Shown here: in pieces, positions 63,157 to 64,000 of the stretch | Numbering within the stretch: the first letter of the stretch is position 1 | How the letters are laid out: each line of letters starts with the position of its first letter | NCBI GenBank assembly: GCA_963663275.1 | Contig: OY760183.1 | Span: 416,001 to 480,000, forward strand | Reading direction: 5' to 3' | Origin: Chloroflexota bacterium | GTDB taxonomy: Bacteria > Chloroflexota > UBA11872 > VXOZ01 | DNA: 64,000 nt | Position numbers and translations under genes: made by a program | The notes under the pieces: model-generated | Told to the model about the DNA's origin: nothing | Databases searched by the model: none | What the model saw: the letters and a program-made list of their open reading frames with translations, nothing else

Positions 63157-63984
63157 GTGCCGCCAGCAAGTGATAGCGCCCGCAACGACAACCCGGTTGC
63201 CAGAGTCTCGGCAACGGCGCCAAGCTCGATTCAACCGTTCGTCAAAGACTGCGCCTGGACCCGTATCACGATTGGCAAGTCACCGGCGGACACATTCCGC
63301 TTAGATCGAGACGGACAAGCGGCGTTGTATCTCAAAGCCTCACTGAAGTCTCATCGGAGGGAACTGCTGCGCGAAAAGGAGAGAATCGACTGGCTGCAGG
63401 GCAGGTTACCCGTTCCTGAGGTTGTTCGATACGAGACGAATGACCGGAATGAGTATCTGCTGCTGACAGCCCTGCCGGGGCGTGATGTTGCGAGCCTGAC
63501 TGGTGACGAGCCAAATGACAACCTCGTCAGACTGTTGGCGACCGGACTGCGCACGATACATTCGGTGTCAGTCGAGGAATGTCCCTTTGACATGACACTC
63601 GATAGGGTAATCGAAGAGGCCGGATTCAATGTCGCCGGCGGCCTCGTCAACGAAGCCGGCTTCGACGACGTTCGCATGGGCCGTTCCGCCGCGGAGGTGT
63701 TTGAGGAATTGTTGTTGAAGAGACCGGCTAAAGAAGACTTGGTATTCACCCACGGCGATTACTGCCTGCCTAACGTGATAATCGACGGCAAGGAGGTTGC
63801 CGGGTTCGTCGATTGGGGCAGCGCGGGAGTGGCGGACCGCTATAAAGACATTGCGCTGGTCGTCAGAAGCCTGAACCGCAATACAGGCGAAGACCTTTCA
63901 ACGAGCTTCTATGAAGCATACGGGCTTTCAAGCCCAGATGCCGAGAAGGTCGTATACTACAAGCTCCTCGATGAATTCTGGTAG
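63157..63984 (+). CDS. Aminoglycoside 3'-phosphotransferase-like kinase (start uncertain)
   Basis: LYLK, ERIDWL..RLPVPEV, CPFD, VFTHGDYCLPNV, GFVDWG.AGVADRYKD, YYKLLDEF. Confidence 0.88.
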   Translation: MPPASDSARNDNPVARVSATAPSSIQPFVKDCAWTRITIGKSPADTFRLDRDGQAALYLKASLKSHRRELLREKERIDWLQGRLPVPEVVRYETNDRNEYLLLTALPGRDVASLTGDEPNDNLVRLLATGLRTIHSVSVEECPFDMTLDRVIEEAGFNVAGGLVNEAGFDDVRMGRSAAEVFEELLLKRPAKEDLVFTHGDYCLPNVIIDGKEVAGFVDWGSAGVADRYKDIALVVRSLNRNTGEDLSTSFYEAYGLSSPDAEKVVYYKLLDEFW

Positions 63985-64000
63985 GCCAGGCACTGCCGTC

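Overview
GC-rich bacterial chromosome segment, most consistent with a Chloroflexota genome: it has a nusA-ylxR-infB-rbfA-nrnA-truB-ribF cluster without rimP, a DarA-like PII protein and Tat-lipoprotein solute-binding proteins. A plant-type LRR protein hints at a host- or sponge-associated lifestyle (inference). Housekeeping genes (rmuC, dut, ftsB/divIC-like, tRNA-Pro, translation cluster) are interleaved with single accessory genes. The intergenic DNA is dense with palindromic repeats, including at least three MITE families with distinct TIRs and target duplications; the A and B families nest inside each other and inside REP-like hairpins. Top leads: (1) a CarH-type B12-binding domain fused to a C-terminal XRE HTH, divergent from a tandem-fasciclin lipoprotein, with an inverted repeat over a near-consensus promoter; (2) a SAM-I riboswitch leading a threonine-synthase-like PLP enzyme plus a MoaD/CysO-like sulfur carrier; (3) a multicopper-oxidase cassette bracketed by a duplicated, synonymously diverged 3' end of the upstream gene; (4) the nested MITE/REP system; (5) a membrane-anchored TerY-P triad; (6) a cupin-globin fusion lacking the proximal His; (7) an APH(3')-like gene. 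All calls come from manual motif reading; no searches were run.
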